A stretch of 64,000 nt of DNA. Source: Squalus acanthias. Taxonomy: Eukaryota. Both the position numbers and the translations under genes were made by a program. The notes beneath the pieces are model-generated. The model searched no databases. It had not been told where the DNA came from and saw only the letters and a program-made list of their open reading frames with translations. Of the stretch, positions 50,079 to 62,255 are shown piece by piece (position 1 is the stretch's first letter; each line of letters begins with the position of its first letter). Location of the stretch: positions 10,230,001 through 10,294,000 of the forward strand of contig CM059452.1 of the NCBI GenBank assembly GCA_030390025.1, read 5' to 3'.

Positions 50079-51483
50079 TGTCGCTGTCCGCTCTGTAAAA
50101 GGGGGGTTGGATATTTGAAGACACCCGTTCTAATCCCCGCCCTCAATAATCTGCTGTCGTGTCTCAGGATGCTCTCACCTCACTTCCTTGTGTCCCCAGT
50201 GGTGCTGTGAGACCGGTAGGTGGTGAGCTGGCTGCCAGTGAATGGGGACACCCCGAGCTGGGCTACAGTCAGTGTCCTTATAAGGGAATGGTTCCGCTTT
50301 TAGAGACCGGGGTGGGAATGAAACCCTTGGCTGTTCATTCAGAACGGAAAGCACATCATTGCGAATAGGTTTGTTTTATTCCGCGAGCCATTCGTTAGTT
50401 TTACCGACTCCAGTGAGCTTTCCCTCACGGGTCAGTGAACTCATGAACTAATGATCCCGTCTGTTCTCGGAGTGGTTTATGGAGCCGGGATATTAGAACG
50501 ATGACGTCTGCTGTTACTGAGCAAACAATTGAACAGACTGAAAGAATAAACTCTCCCTGTAATTTAAACAGCGTTTCGAACACCGACCGCTTCTGTGGTT
50601 TGTATTTAAAATGCTGTTGAAATTCTATCTGATAATTTCTTTGCGACTGAAATGATTTATTTACTGATCCATAATCTTCAGATTTTGGATTTGCAATGGG
50701 CGAGAATGGAGGGGCGCCACATTGGCCTTTTAATGCAATTTACCGCACATCTGCTTAAATTGCCCGCGAGCAGAGGAGGGCGTGAGAAACTCCTCACAAC
50801 TTTCACTCGTATTAGAAAAGGATGTGGCGCAGAAAACGCAACAAAATACAGGCGGTTTCAGTTTGTTTTTCGCCCCTTTAACATCGATCGCCACCATCGG
50901 TACAGTTAATGGCTTCAGAAATCAGATCCCATGCTGTGTCTTTCATTCACATTTTAATATTCCTTTTCTCATCTTCCACACCCTTCCACTCACTTGTCCC
51001 GCTCACTGGTTAGTATTAGAATTCAGTCCTTCGATATGATGGATGCCTTTTGTGATGATTATTGCCAGATGTACCGACCCAGCGCATTGTGGATTTCAAA
51101 TATTAATCTTCAATTTATTCCAAAATTAACACAACTGGTGGAGAAACAGCATTTAACTCACTGCCCGGGGTCTGACCCACAAAAGGAATATTGTGACCTG
51201 GCGCCCTCTGGTGGATATTCTGTGAACTGTTCAGATGTCGGTACACAGATGCGATAGATTTTGGCCCAAAAATTCGTCTCGGACGGTGGCGCAAGACGGG
51301 CGGTATCGGATCGGCCGCCGGTTACACGCAGCGTCTGATATTCAGTTCCATGGACCGAGACGAATCTCTAGGCCACTGAGTTTATTGACTGCCCTGTCTG
51401 CAGTTCCTGCTTTTGGGAAGCTGGGTTGGAGCGGTTCTGAATTCATATGTCGAGCAGAAGCAAAGGTTTTACATCGTTAAACT

Positions 51484-51691
51484 AAAATGAGAAGTCGCAC
51501 AACACCAGGTTATAGTCCAACAGTTTTATTTGAAATTACGAGCTTTTGGAGCTCTGCTCCTTCGTCAGCTACAGTGAGGGAATACAATTGTATTCCCTCA
51601 CTGTACCTGACGAAGGAGCAGAGCTCCGAAAGCTCGTAATTTCAAATAAAACTGTTGGACTATAGCCTGGTGTTGTGCGACTTCTCATTTT
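51484..51691. mobile_element. ~205-bp near-perfect palindrome of Penelope-like terminal repeats
   Basis: Arms are inverted about ACAATTGT (centre about 51587) and homologous to 20407-20495. Confidence 0.75.
51604..51638 (+). ncRNA. Minimal type I hammerhead ribozyme motif
   Basis: TAC-CTGACGA-A-GGAGC AGA GCTCC-GAAA-G-CTC-GTA: core CUGANGA and GAAA, stem II, palindromic AGCT stem III, CUC cleavage triplet, 3-bp stem I. Confidence 0.6.
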
Positions 51692-52061
51692 TGTCCACCC
51701 CAGTCCAACACCAGACTCTCCGCATCATGATCGTTAAACTAAACACTGGACGAAGAAAGTTCATACGATTGTGGGTAAAAAGTGGAGACAGGGGACAAGA
51801 AGGGACAGGAAGGCACGGAAAGGGCATCGAAAGACAAAAGGCGCCGCAGATGCTTTTGCGCAATGTATTTTTATTATAAATGCGAGTTAAAATCACCAAC
51901 TAATATAATTCCGCCGGTGGACGTCACCGGTTCTTGTGCGTTGTGTTCCATTGGCCTTTTAAGAAGGTCCCTGTGACTCTCACTGTGGAGGCTGAATGAT
52001 CGCTGCTGTTTATCGATGTGAGAGCGCCCTCTGGTGAGCACTAACTGGAACTCTCAGTGTG

Positions 52062-52556
52062 GGTTTTTGTGCGGGATCCGCTGTGTCTCTGCAGCAGTGT
52101 GGGGTCATGGTACAGAAATATCGGAGATCAGGGCGTTGCCGATCGTTAGCTTGGTAATCTTGGTAGTTTTATTAAAAGTAGAAGAGAATGGGTCAGTGAA
52201 GTCGGGGTTCCAGTTTACTATCCCTGCACTAATATAAACCACTTACTTTGGGGTCTGCCCGGGGCGCTGACTATACCAGAACACATAAAGGTTAGTAGTG
52301 CATGTTTTCAAGGTGCAGCTTAGGGTGACATTACTTTCATCTTCAACCGTCATTTCAAGGACCGGCTGTTCCACTGTGTCTTGGTGGCTCCATTCTAACA
52401 TAAAATCATAGTAATATACATCATCATCAGCAGCAGCAGCAGCATTTCACCAATAATAACATCTGGGTTACAGCAGTCAGAATGGATTTTACTGGGAAGG
52501 AAATACTTACTGAGAAGTGATATAATGATGAGGAGCGGTAGTAGACGGTTCTGCAT
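52062..52556 (-). pseudogene. TCR V pseudogene (chimeric 3' end)
   Basis: Leader MQNRLLPLLIIISLL|GTAAGT (52556-52511), exon from 52394. TAA after QTPK, YYC deleted. RSS CACACTG-24-ACAAAAACC. Confidence 0.85.
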
Positions 52557-53295
52557 GATGTCCCCTGAGTCTGTAACTCTGCAGTCCGGCAAATACTATG
52601 TCAGAGCAGAATTACAGATTCCCTCTCCACTGCACTGCTGATCCAACCCATGCCAAACAGGGAACAGCGGCAGCAATCTCTCCAATTACACAGGGCAGGC
52701 AAGGCGGGTCAGAGCGAGAGCAGCAAACGGAAGCAGTGGGTGGGGCTGCCGCGGGCGGTGTTGTCACACGTGGGATCGACCTGTGAGGAACTGAATTCAA
52801 TAATAATGTCCGCTTCGCATATGATATCACTCTGCTTCTCGATAGGGCTTTGTCACTTTCGCATTCGTTACAAATTCGGGGCAAGCAGGCTCGCGATAGG
52901 AATAGCAGAATTATTATATTCTTCAATAGTTATCACAATATTCAACAGTGAAGTGAGTTAAAACCAGGTTTTCTAGCGGTGAGAAATAGAACAAAATGGC
53001 AAGTAATCCGAATGTTCTGGAGATGCACATCTCGTTTCCACTTAACTAAGTTCTGAAATTATGAAACTGTAAATTAATGTAAAGTATTAATAAGCATAAA
53101 TGTGAGATCAAAAGCAATTTCACGTTAAGTTATATTGAGAAAGCGTCAGTCAGTATTGGTTCATGTAACATGACCTGCGGTGTGAATCCGCGCTCTGTCA
53201 GCGCCACCTGGTGGCCGGGTTTAAAGTATCTCCTTTGAGCTGATCTCACAGAACACGGTTTCTGTACGAGGTGTCCAGAGGCCCTTCTCACTGTG

Positions 53296-54224
53296 GGCCT
53301 CAGTGCACAGTAGTACACGGCGCTGTCAGCGAGCTGCAGCTCAGTCAAGTTGAAAACACCGATAGTTTTCGACTTTTCCAGAATGACAGAGAAACGACCG
53401 TTAATTTCGTGCTTTCCAAAGGAATGTGCCTGAATTACGAAAGTCGGAGCCTTGTTCTGGCTCTGACGATAAAGCTGCAGGGAATAGCTCACTTCTGACG
53501 TTGAATAGTTACAATTAATGCTCATCGTCGTTCCTTCCAGATATTGGGCTTCTGTTGGCCACTGATCGACGGAGTCTCCATAACACAGTCCTGCCAAAAA
53601 CATTCCTGGTTACCCGTGGAAACAGGGAGAAGCACAGATCACATATTTCTCATTCTTTAAGAATATATCTCTCCATCTCTCTCTGTATACACAGGGAGAC
53701 AAAGAGACAGAAAGAGATAGCATCGGTTTAATGGCTAGATAAAGATAGATAGACAAGTTGATAAACAAACAGACAGACAGAGAGGCATAAAGGCAGACAG
53801 AAAAACAGAAAGATAGCAGAGGGACAGATATAGAGACAGAAAAGCAGGCAGATAGACAGACAGTCAGACAGACGGACAGAGAGACACAGACAGACAGAGA
53901 GCGAGACAGACAGGCAGACAGACAGATAATTAGACAGACAGGTGGATAGTCCTAGAGATCGATGAATAGAAGAGAGGGAGGGAGATAGAGAGAGAGACAA
54001 AAAGAGAGAGAGACAGAGAGAGGGCCTGAGAGAGCGAGACAGAGAGATTGACAGAGAGACAGAGGGATTAACAGAGAGAGAGAACGGGGCAGACCTAGAG
54101 ATAGATGAATAGAATGCAGTTGTGTCAATAGTGGAATGGACAGACAGACACAGATGTATAAATAAATAAACCAACCGAATAACAACGTTGTTAGGCCCCA
54201 AACAATCAAAACCCCAAACTCCAT
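53296..54224 (-). CDS. TCR alpha/delta V gene, open frame but conserved Trp replaced by Leu (leader 54224-54176, V exon 53590-53296)
   Basis: MEFGVLIVWGLTTLLF G|GT; GDSVDQWP...INCNYS...LQLYRQ...DSAVYYCALRP. RSS CACAGTG (53295-53289)-23-ACAGAAACC. Confidence 0.8.
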
Positions 54225-54889
54225 AATGGCCGCAGTCTCCCCACACCGGGATCCCGCACTTCACCCGGTGCCTCCTCTCAGTTGCAGCTCTCGGACTGAA
54301 GCGGAGAATTTGAAGTGTTTCTGTCAGCACACGGAGTCCCCGTCATTTCCTGAATCAAACCAAGAGCCTGGTTTCAATGAGCTGCCGGTGATCATTGTCG
54401 CTGTCTGTGTTCATCATCACTGCCCGCGGCCCCGGCACACAGGCTCCCTGTGCTGTTCTGCTTTGTCCCGTACATCTGATCATCTGATCCCGGGGATAGA
54501 TGAGGATTCTGTCTGACCATTACCGGTGTTTTGAAACCGATGCTCACGGTTAATGAGGAATCGATTTTAAGGTTTTCTTGTTGTTGGAAAATGTTCCATT
54601 AGATAGATAAAACCTGACACGATGTTGTCTCAATGTCACTAACCCGGAATTCCAATTAACGACAGTTTACTCTCGAACGTTTTGTCTGTATTTGTGTGTG
54701 TTTATCTGAGCATGTCGGTCTGCGTCTCTCTGTTTGTGTCCAATGCTCTATGTCAGGCTTGCAGTGGACACAGGAGGGGGCTTTCTGATCACTTGTTCAA
54801 GGTCATTCGTCTGAAAAAACTTTCAGCTGAATATACATCAATGACCTCCAAGCATTTACCCATTTTGTGTATCTGGGATCACTTTGACA

Positions 54890-56075
54890 CGTGGATGCAT
54901 GTATATGTCTGTGTCTGTGCTTATGTCTGTGTTTATGTCTTTATGTATGATTCTGTGTTTGTGTCTCTGTGTGTATATCTCTATGTGTGTATATATGTTT
55001 CTGTTTATGTCTGTGTGTATGATTCTCTGTTTGTGTCTCTGTGTGTATACGTCTGTGTTTATGTCTGTGTGTATGATTTTGTGTTTGTGTCTCTGTGTGA
55101 ATTTCTGTATGTGTGTATATGTCTGTGTTTATGTCTGTGTGTATGATTCTGTGTTTGTGTCTCTGTGTGTATATGTCTGTGTGTGTATATATGTTTGTGT
55201 TTATGTCCGTGTGTATGATTCTCTGTTTGTGTCTCTGTGTGTATATGTCTGTGTGTATGATTCTGTGTTTGTGTCTCTGTGTGTATGTCTGTATGTGTGT
55301 ATATGTCTGTGTTTATGTCTGTGTGTATGATTCTGTGTTTGTGTCTCTGTGTGTATAGGTCTGTGTGTGTGTGTATGTCTGTGTTTATGTCTGTGTGTGT
55401 GATTCTGTGTTTATGTCTGTGTGTGTGATTCTGTGTTTGTGTCTCTGTGTGTATATGTCTGTGTGTGTGTATATGTCTGTGTTTATGTCTGTGTGTGTGA
55501 TTCTGTGTTTGTGAATCTGTGTGTATATGTCTGTGTGCGCTTATGTCTGTGTATGTGTATGTGTGTGCGTATACTGACCAAGGCTTCTTCGGCAGCACCT
55601 CCCATACCCGCGACCTCTACCACCTAGAAGGACAAGGGCAGCAGGCGCATGGTAACACCACAGCCTGCAAGTTCCCCTCCAAGTCACACACCATCCTGAC
55701 TTGGAAATGTATCACCGTTCCTTCATCGTCACTGGGTCAAAATCCTGGAACTCCCTCCCTAACAGCATTGTGGGAGTACGTTCACCACGAGGACTGCAGC
55801 GGTTCAAGAAGGCGGCTCACCACCACCTTCCCAAGGGCAATTAGGGATGGGCAATAATGCTGGCCTTGCCAGCGACGGCCACATCCTGGAACGAACAAAA
55901 AATGTGTCTCTGCGTGCACCAGTCTGTGTGTATGTCAATGTTTCTGTGTGTGTCTATGTGCATGCATATTTCTTTACGTGTGTGTATGTGTTTGTATGTG
56001 TATATATCAGTGTGTATGTGTGTATGTATATATCTGTATGTGATATGTATGTATATGTCTGTGTCTGTGTTTCCA
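54890..56075. repeat. TG-rich minisatellite interrupted by a LINE 3' end (55577-55900)
   Basis: TGTGTATGATTCTGTGTTTGTGTCTC repeats; the insert matches 48905-49231. Confidence 0.85.
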
Positions 56076-56291
56076 ATGCTTGTACTGTCCACAGGAGGGC
56101 GCTCTCTGATCACTTGCTAAAGGATATGATCCCCAACTACAGGAAGTGGTTGGTTCGAGGGATACAAATGGGCGGGGAGAAGAAATCCTAGCCGATCTGA
56201 TGAGATCACCGCGCTGTTTCAGTTCTTCCCGTTCCAGGCCCGGTACAAGCAGTGATCACAGTCTCTTGTTTCTGGAGTTCAGACTGGAACC

Positions 56292-56814
56292 ATGGAAGTG
56301 ACACTCTGCCTAACTCTGATTATTGTCCTGATCACAGGTGGGTGATATTGGAGCATTCCTACAACATTGCTAATTGCTCAGACAATTTCCCATCTCCATC
56401 TCCGGGAGATTATTCTCTTTCTGTTACTCCGTCTCACCCGCTGTGTGCCCGCTGTTAATTTTCAGAGACGAGTAACGGAGACTCGGTGTTCCAGTCAGAA
56501 TAAGGTGTCGGATCAGAAGAGGGTTCAGATTCAGCAATAACCTGCAGTTACTCTGTCTCGGGATCAACTACATTCTATAACCTATTCTGGTATCGACAGT
56601 TCCCCAACCAAGCCCCTCAGTATCTGCTCAGAGCCGATAGTCATGGGAATAACGAGACAGCTCCGAGCTTTGAACACTTCAGCGGGAATCCCAACCGGAC
56701 ACAAGGCACTTTTCACTTATCCTTGAAAGGCTTGAAGGTCACAGAAAGCGCCGTGTATTAATGTGCCCTGAGACCCACAGTGAATAAGGATCCCTTGGAC
56801 CTCATACAAAAACA
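56292..56814 (+). pseudogene. TCR V pseudogene with intact RSS
   Basis: Leader MEVTLCLTLIIVLIT|GT (56292-56337), exon from 56466. TAA at 56501 and 56759. CACAGTG (56776)-23-ACAAAAACA. Confidence 0.88.
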
Positions 56815-57291
56815 TGGCACAGGTCGGCATAGGGGAAGGAGGGTGAGATGGGATGGATTGTCAGGAAAATACCAGGGATTGACTCCACGAGAGGTTGTAC
56901 AGAAAATGATTAGGAAAATACAGCCTGATCCGTTCGGGTTTCTCCAGTTAAAGTCAGTGCTGTCAGTGTTGGGATAAGAGAAATTTCTCATCCATTTTAA
57001 CACAGGGTCAAATTCAGATATTTCCACCCCAGTGTTAGCACAGACCTTCAGATTTCTGGGATGAATAACAGGATCAAGCACTAAAAGTAAAAGTCCTGGA
57101 AGTAGTACCGATCCAGAAGATCACATTTTAAAAGCTCTCTCACAGGTGCCGAGGGCTGTCCACTTGTCATGTCCCTCGTAGTCTTGAGGCTATGACTATC
57201 AATGGAGCTCATTAGCTGTGGAGAAGACTCAGTGATACCGGTGATCGAGACTGGTTTAGATTATATGTCGCTTTTCACCTTACTGAGAGAA

Positions 57292-57323
<32 letters not shown>

Positions 57324-57434
57324 TGAGAGACACACACATTTAAACAGTGAGTGACACCGAAATAGAGAAAGAGACAGACAGACAGAGAGAAAGGGAAAGA
57401 GAATGACACCAGTGAGTGACACCGAGGCAGAAGA

Positions 57435-57474
<40 letters not shown>

Positions 57475-57727
57475 TAGATACTCACATAGCAAGGCTTGGA
57501 ATAGATTTGTAGGGAGGCATCAGTAATTGGTCCACAACTAACACTGATTGGTGCACAGCTGGTGTCAGTTCTGAGAGACCAGCCAATCCTGTCCCTGGGA
57601 AACGCCCCCCAGTCTCCCAATAAGTGAGGTCTGCCCCTGATCTGAGTTTACTCTTTAATATAAGAACAGAAGGGTCAACATATTTAAAACGATCTGCTAT
57701 TTTCTGTCTAAATCTAAACCAGACACC

Positions 57728-58158
57728 ATGGGCTCCCCGTGTTCCTTACTGATAATAATGGTCGTGCTGCCCGGTGAGTCTATGTTTAAAGGGTCAGTGT
57801 GTGTTCCAAGGGTTATATTCACTCCAGACTTTTGACACATTCTGTGTTTTGTTACAGGAACGAGTGGCAAAGTATCGGTGTCCCAGGATCCGTCTGAATT
57901 AGCGGTTCAGGAAGGACAGACCGTAATACTGAACTGCAGTTATTCGGAAGCTAGTTCAACTCTGTTCTGGTACATTCAGTATGCCGGTGAAGCTCCGAGA
58001 CATTTACTGAAGAGATATAGCTCGGGGTCGGGAGATCAGTCTACAGATTTACCAGACAGGTTCTCTGCTGTTTTGCACAAAGAAATCAAAACCTTTCCTT
58101 TAAATATCACCACGGTTCTTGTCTCCGACAGCGCCGGGTATTTCTGTGCCATGAACCC
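57728..58158 (+). CDS. TCR alpha/delta V gene, intact (leader 57728-57773, V exon 57858-58158)
   Basis: MGSPCSLLIIMVVLP|GTGAGT; VSQDP...LNCSYS..LFWYIQ...DSAGYFCAMNP. RSS CACACTG (58159)-23-ACAAAAACC. Confidence 0.9.
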
Positions 58159-58429
58159 CACACTGCTACAGAGATAGAGCGGTCCCGTACAAAAACCCAT
58201 ACTGAGAGTTCCAGTTATCGCTGACCAGAGGGCGCTCTCACAGCGATAAACAGCAGCGATCATTCAGCCTCCAGAGTGATCCTCTTAAAAAAGAAACAAA
58301 ACACAGCTCTCAACAACTACAAGTCAGGTCCACTGGCGGAATTTTTTGATGATGTAAACTCGTATTTATAATAAAAATGAACTTCACAAATTATGTCTGT
58401 GACGCCTTAACTCCCCTTTTGTCCTTTCT

Positions 58430-58900
58430 CCATTGTGTACAATTCTGGGCACCATAGCTCAGGAAGGATGTCAAGGCCCTGGAGACGGTACAGAGGAGGT
58501 TTACCTGGATGATGCCAGGGATGAGGGAGTTCAGTTTTATGGAGAGATTGCAGAAGCTGGGATTCTTCTACTTAGAGCAGAGAAGTTCATGGGGAGACCT
58601 AATATAGGTGTCCAAAAATATGAGAGCAAATCGGGAGAACCTGATTCCTCTGAGAAGTGGGTCAGTAACCAGAGGTTACAGATTTAAAATAATTGGCAAA
58701 AGAACTAGAGGGGAAATGAGGAGACACTTCTTCACCAGAAGGGTTGTTAAGATCTCGAATGCATTACCTGAAAGGGTTGTGGAATCAGATTCGATCGGAA
58801 CTTTCAAAAGGCAATTAAACATGTACTTCAAGAGAACTAGTTTGCAGGGTTAAGGAGAAGAAGCTGGGGTGTGGGGCTAAATTGGACTGCTCTTTCAGGA
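58430..58900 (+). mobile_element. CR1-like LINE 3' fragment
   Basis: TRGYRFKIIGKRTRGEMRRHFFTRRVV. Confidence 0.8.
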
Positions 58901-59096
58901 CACTGACTGTAGCCCAGCTCGGGGTGTTTCCATTCACTGGCAGCCAGCTCACCACCTACCGGTCTCACAGCACCACTGGGGACACCAGGAAGTGAGGTGC
59001 GAGCATCCTGAGACACGACAGCAGATTATTGAGGGCGGGGATTAGAACGGGTATCCTCAAATATCCAACCCCCCTTCTGCAGAGAGGACAGCGACA

Positions 59097-59277
59097 ATGC
59101 GGCTACTCAGCATCTGGGCTGTGTGGGGGGCATTTCTGACAGGTAATTGTGGACCAAACACATTTCATCAATTCACCAGTTTAACCATCTCGGGGCTGCA
59201 GCTGACCGACACTGCAGTTTATTACTGCCCCCTGAGACCACACTGATGGAAACCAGTTAAACCCTGGTTCAGAAACA
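59097..59277 (+). pseudogene. Internally deleted V pseudogene (inverted paralog of 49616-50078)
   Basis: Identical leader at 59097-59142; the intron is fused directly to FR3 (AATTCACCAGTTTAACC). RSS CACACTG-23-TCAGAAACA. Confidence 0.88.
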
Positions 59278-59948
59278 CTCGCCGCTTTGTAGATCAGAGG
59301 CTCCGCCTGCTGAAGCCGGATATAAGGCTCACTTTGTGCTGTTTGCGATACGGCCATCCTGAGAACTGTTCCCAAAGTCTCTCATTTGTCGGTTGGGTTC
59401 AGTCTGTGCAGTTTCCGCGTTGTTTTCCCTGTTACTCACTGGGAACTGTCTCTCCTGAATCACTGCCACCTTCATCTTCAGACTATTGACAGCTGCTCTT
59501 TTGCCTGTTTTCTGAACAGTTTTCTCTGAGTTTGCGCACCAGCTGGGGAATGGGAGTCTCGCGGGGTCACAGTTCAGCCGAGACTTCTTTGTTCTGAAGG
59601 GTTTTTGACTCCTCGATGGTTTATTACATCGTTACTGAATGTGTTCCCTCCGTTCAGTTCATTTCCTGCCGACTGGAGCGCCAGGTCTGAGTGCGATTCT
59701 GACACGGAATGAGAACTGGTTTATATTTGTTTCACTAAGTTTGAAAGTTGAGGTGCCCGTTACATGAAAAGGGTTTGGAATCACCGTCCCATCGAATAAT
59801 AAACATGATGTTTCCTGTTCTGTACTGTTAGTTGGATAGCGATTGATCTGTCAGTTTTTACACGGACACTGTCCTGTGAGAAGTACTGACAGTCCACGTT
59901 TCTCCTCACACTGCCCGCTATCCACTTGTCCTTGTCACATGTCGGCAT

Positions 59949-60147
59949 TGTTTTTGGACCAGGCCCCCTCTGGTTCCTGTCACTGTGTCTCTCAGCCCGC
60001 ACTGATACACCGCGCTGTCAGACAGCCGTAGGTCGCCGATGGTGAAATTCCCCATACTTTCTGAAATGTCGAGAAATGCGGAAATTCGAGCCCCCGCGTC
60101 CTCTGCTTTGAAAACATCTCCGTAGGATGGGATATAGATCAGCAATG
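59949..60147 (-). pseudogene. 5'-truncated TCR V fragment
   Basis: LIYIPSYG...DLRLSDSAVYQCGLRD, then CACAGTG (59987-59981)-23-CCAAAAACA. FR1/FR2 are replaced by a CCAAT-rich repeat. Confidence 0.8.
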
Positions 60148-60824
60148 ACGAATGAATTAAAAGTAACTCCTAACATGTTTGCAGAGAGTTGATGACAGAT
60201 TTGAACAGAACGGGTTAAACCGGAAGTATTTTAGTCAAGACTTGGGAAGCTGGTGGATGATATCCGGCGTCTCTGCCGATTGGTTTATTCCTGACCAAGT
60301 CAAGAGGTGAGATCCAATCAGCTCACAGTTCCATTTTACCCCAATTCTTCCAATCAACTCACAGCTACTTTGTTCTCCAATTCGTCCAATCAGCTCATAA
60401 CTCCTTTGTTCGTCACTTCATGACGTTTGTTTTCAAAATGCTCTTGCTTACTGAACAAGCGACTGGGAGGACATAGAGTGAGTGCGTAATTAAGGGATTA
60501 TACCGCATCAGAAATAATGAGCGGCTTTAATCAGCTATAATCTTGATCTTTGAGAGCCAATAGCTGGCAATCGGGTTTTTATATATGACCAAAAACCTTA
60601 AATCTCCTCAATGACCTCATTCTAAGGCTTAGGTAATACAATGCGCCAGCAGAAGGCGCCGAACTCAAGAATGATCATTAGAAAGTCATGTGATGCAAAC
60701 GCCAAGGCCAACAGCAATCGAAGCCTGAATGAGGTCACAATGGGGACGCCCCCTGCAGTGTGTGGGTGGAACAATGAGCTGAACAGCCCGGGTTACTGCT
60801 CTCCTTCTCAATCTCTGTCTCATT

Positions 60825-61205
60825 GAAGCATACCAAATTATTACAGGGCTTGATAGGGTGGATGCTGGGAGAATGTTTCCCTTGGCTGGGGAGTCTAGAA
60901 CCAAGGGCCACAGCCTCAGGATAAAGGTTAGGCCATTCAGGACTGAGATGAGAAGAAATTTCTTCACACAGAGGGTGGTGAATCTTTGGAATTCTCTACC
61001 CCAGAGGGTTGTGGAGGCTCAGTCATTGGATATATTCAAAACAGAAGTCGATAGATTTCTGACTAGTAAGGGCATCAAAGAATATGGCGATAAGGCCGGT
61101 GAATGGAATTGAGGCAGAAGATCAGCCATGATCTCATTGAATGGCGGAGCAGGCTCGAAGGGCCGAATGGCCTACTCCAGCTGCTATTGCTTATGTTCTT
61201 ATGTT
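60825..61205 (+). mobile_element. CR1-like LINE 3' fragment
   Basis: [35 protein letters not shown]. Confidence 0.85.
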
Positions 61206-61226
61206 CCATCAATTCCAAGTCACTGT

Positions 61227-61771
61227 GAGAGATTCAGTCAATTTCTAATAATACTGGCGGCTGTGTTGAACAGTAAGTATTGGATTCTATTTAAAACACA
61301 GGTTAGCTGGTTGATGCAAAGAGCGTGTGCAGGGATTTAGTGCAATTATCGATCAGAAATATCCACATGATGGACAGCTGTACAGATAGACACAAGTTTC
61401 GATTTAATCTTCTGCTCTTCTGTTCCCCTATCTTCACAGGCGGGCTGTGTGCAGATCCAGTAACTCAGTCTCCGGTGACAATTGCCGTGTCAACAGGGGG
61501 TTCGGTGCAGTTAGATTGTGAATATAAAAGCCCGGATATTGACTACATGCAATGATATCGGCAGAAACCGGCACAGCCACCAAGCTGGATAATTAGCAAA
61601 GTGGTAGCACTGAAGGGAGACGAAATCTCAGGACAATATCTGGCAGCTGCTAACACGTCTAGAAAGGACGGTTACCTCAATATAAGCAGCCTGAGTGTGG
61701 AGGACGGAGCGGTCTATTACTGTGCAGTGAGGCACAGCGTCAGATAAAAGCAAAGGCCCCGGACAAAAACC
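61227..61771 (+). pseudogene. TCR V pseudogene (Trp to TGA, leader ATG lost)
   Basis: Leader remnant ERFSQFLIILAAVLN|GTAAGT; exon from 61440 with TGA at 61553; DGAVYYCAVR; CACAGCG (61733)-23-ACAAAAACC. Confidence 0.85.
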
Positions 61772-61849
61772 TCAGCGAGAATTTACAGCTCCATTAAGTG
61801 TTCTTTTGTGCTGCTTTCTGTGGGGTTAATTTGATCCCAAACCCACGGA

Positions 61850-62255
61850 GACTAAAGACAGCCAGGTTTCTATTTCAACGAGTTGTATTTGTGTCTGTGT
61901 CTTTGCCCAAATCAGCGGAGAACCGGTCTGGGAAATCTGGAGACTTCACTCCCTGCCCCGAGCTGTATCTCCTCATTAAATATCTCGGATCTTCCCCGCG
62001 GACACTGGTTGTACCAGAAGAGGTAGGGAAATCTATCGGCTGTGGAGTAACTAGAGTTCAGTATTAAGATCTGTCCTTCCTGAACCGTTAATTCAGGTGG
62101 ATCCTGGGAAAATGAGGCTTCGCCATTGTAACAAAATACTGAATCTGTCAGAAGTCTGGGAGTAAATATAACCCATGAAATACATACGATATTTTAAACA
62201 TAGACTCACCGGGCAGCACGACCATTATTATCAGTAAGAAACATGGGGAGCGCAT
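61850..62255 (-). pseudogene. TCR V pseudogene, paralog of the V at 57728
   Basis: Leader MRSPCFLLIIMVVLP|GTGAGT (62255-62210). Acceptor deleted, first Cys to Ser, frameshift, no 3' end or RSS. Confidence 0.8.

Noticed and set aside
54682-56191. Cys/Val- or His/Thr-rich ORFs
   Set aside because: Artefacts of the TG minisatellite and a LINE tail.
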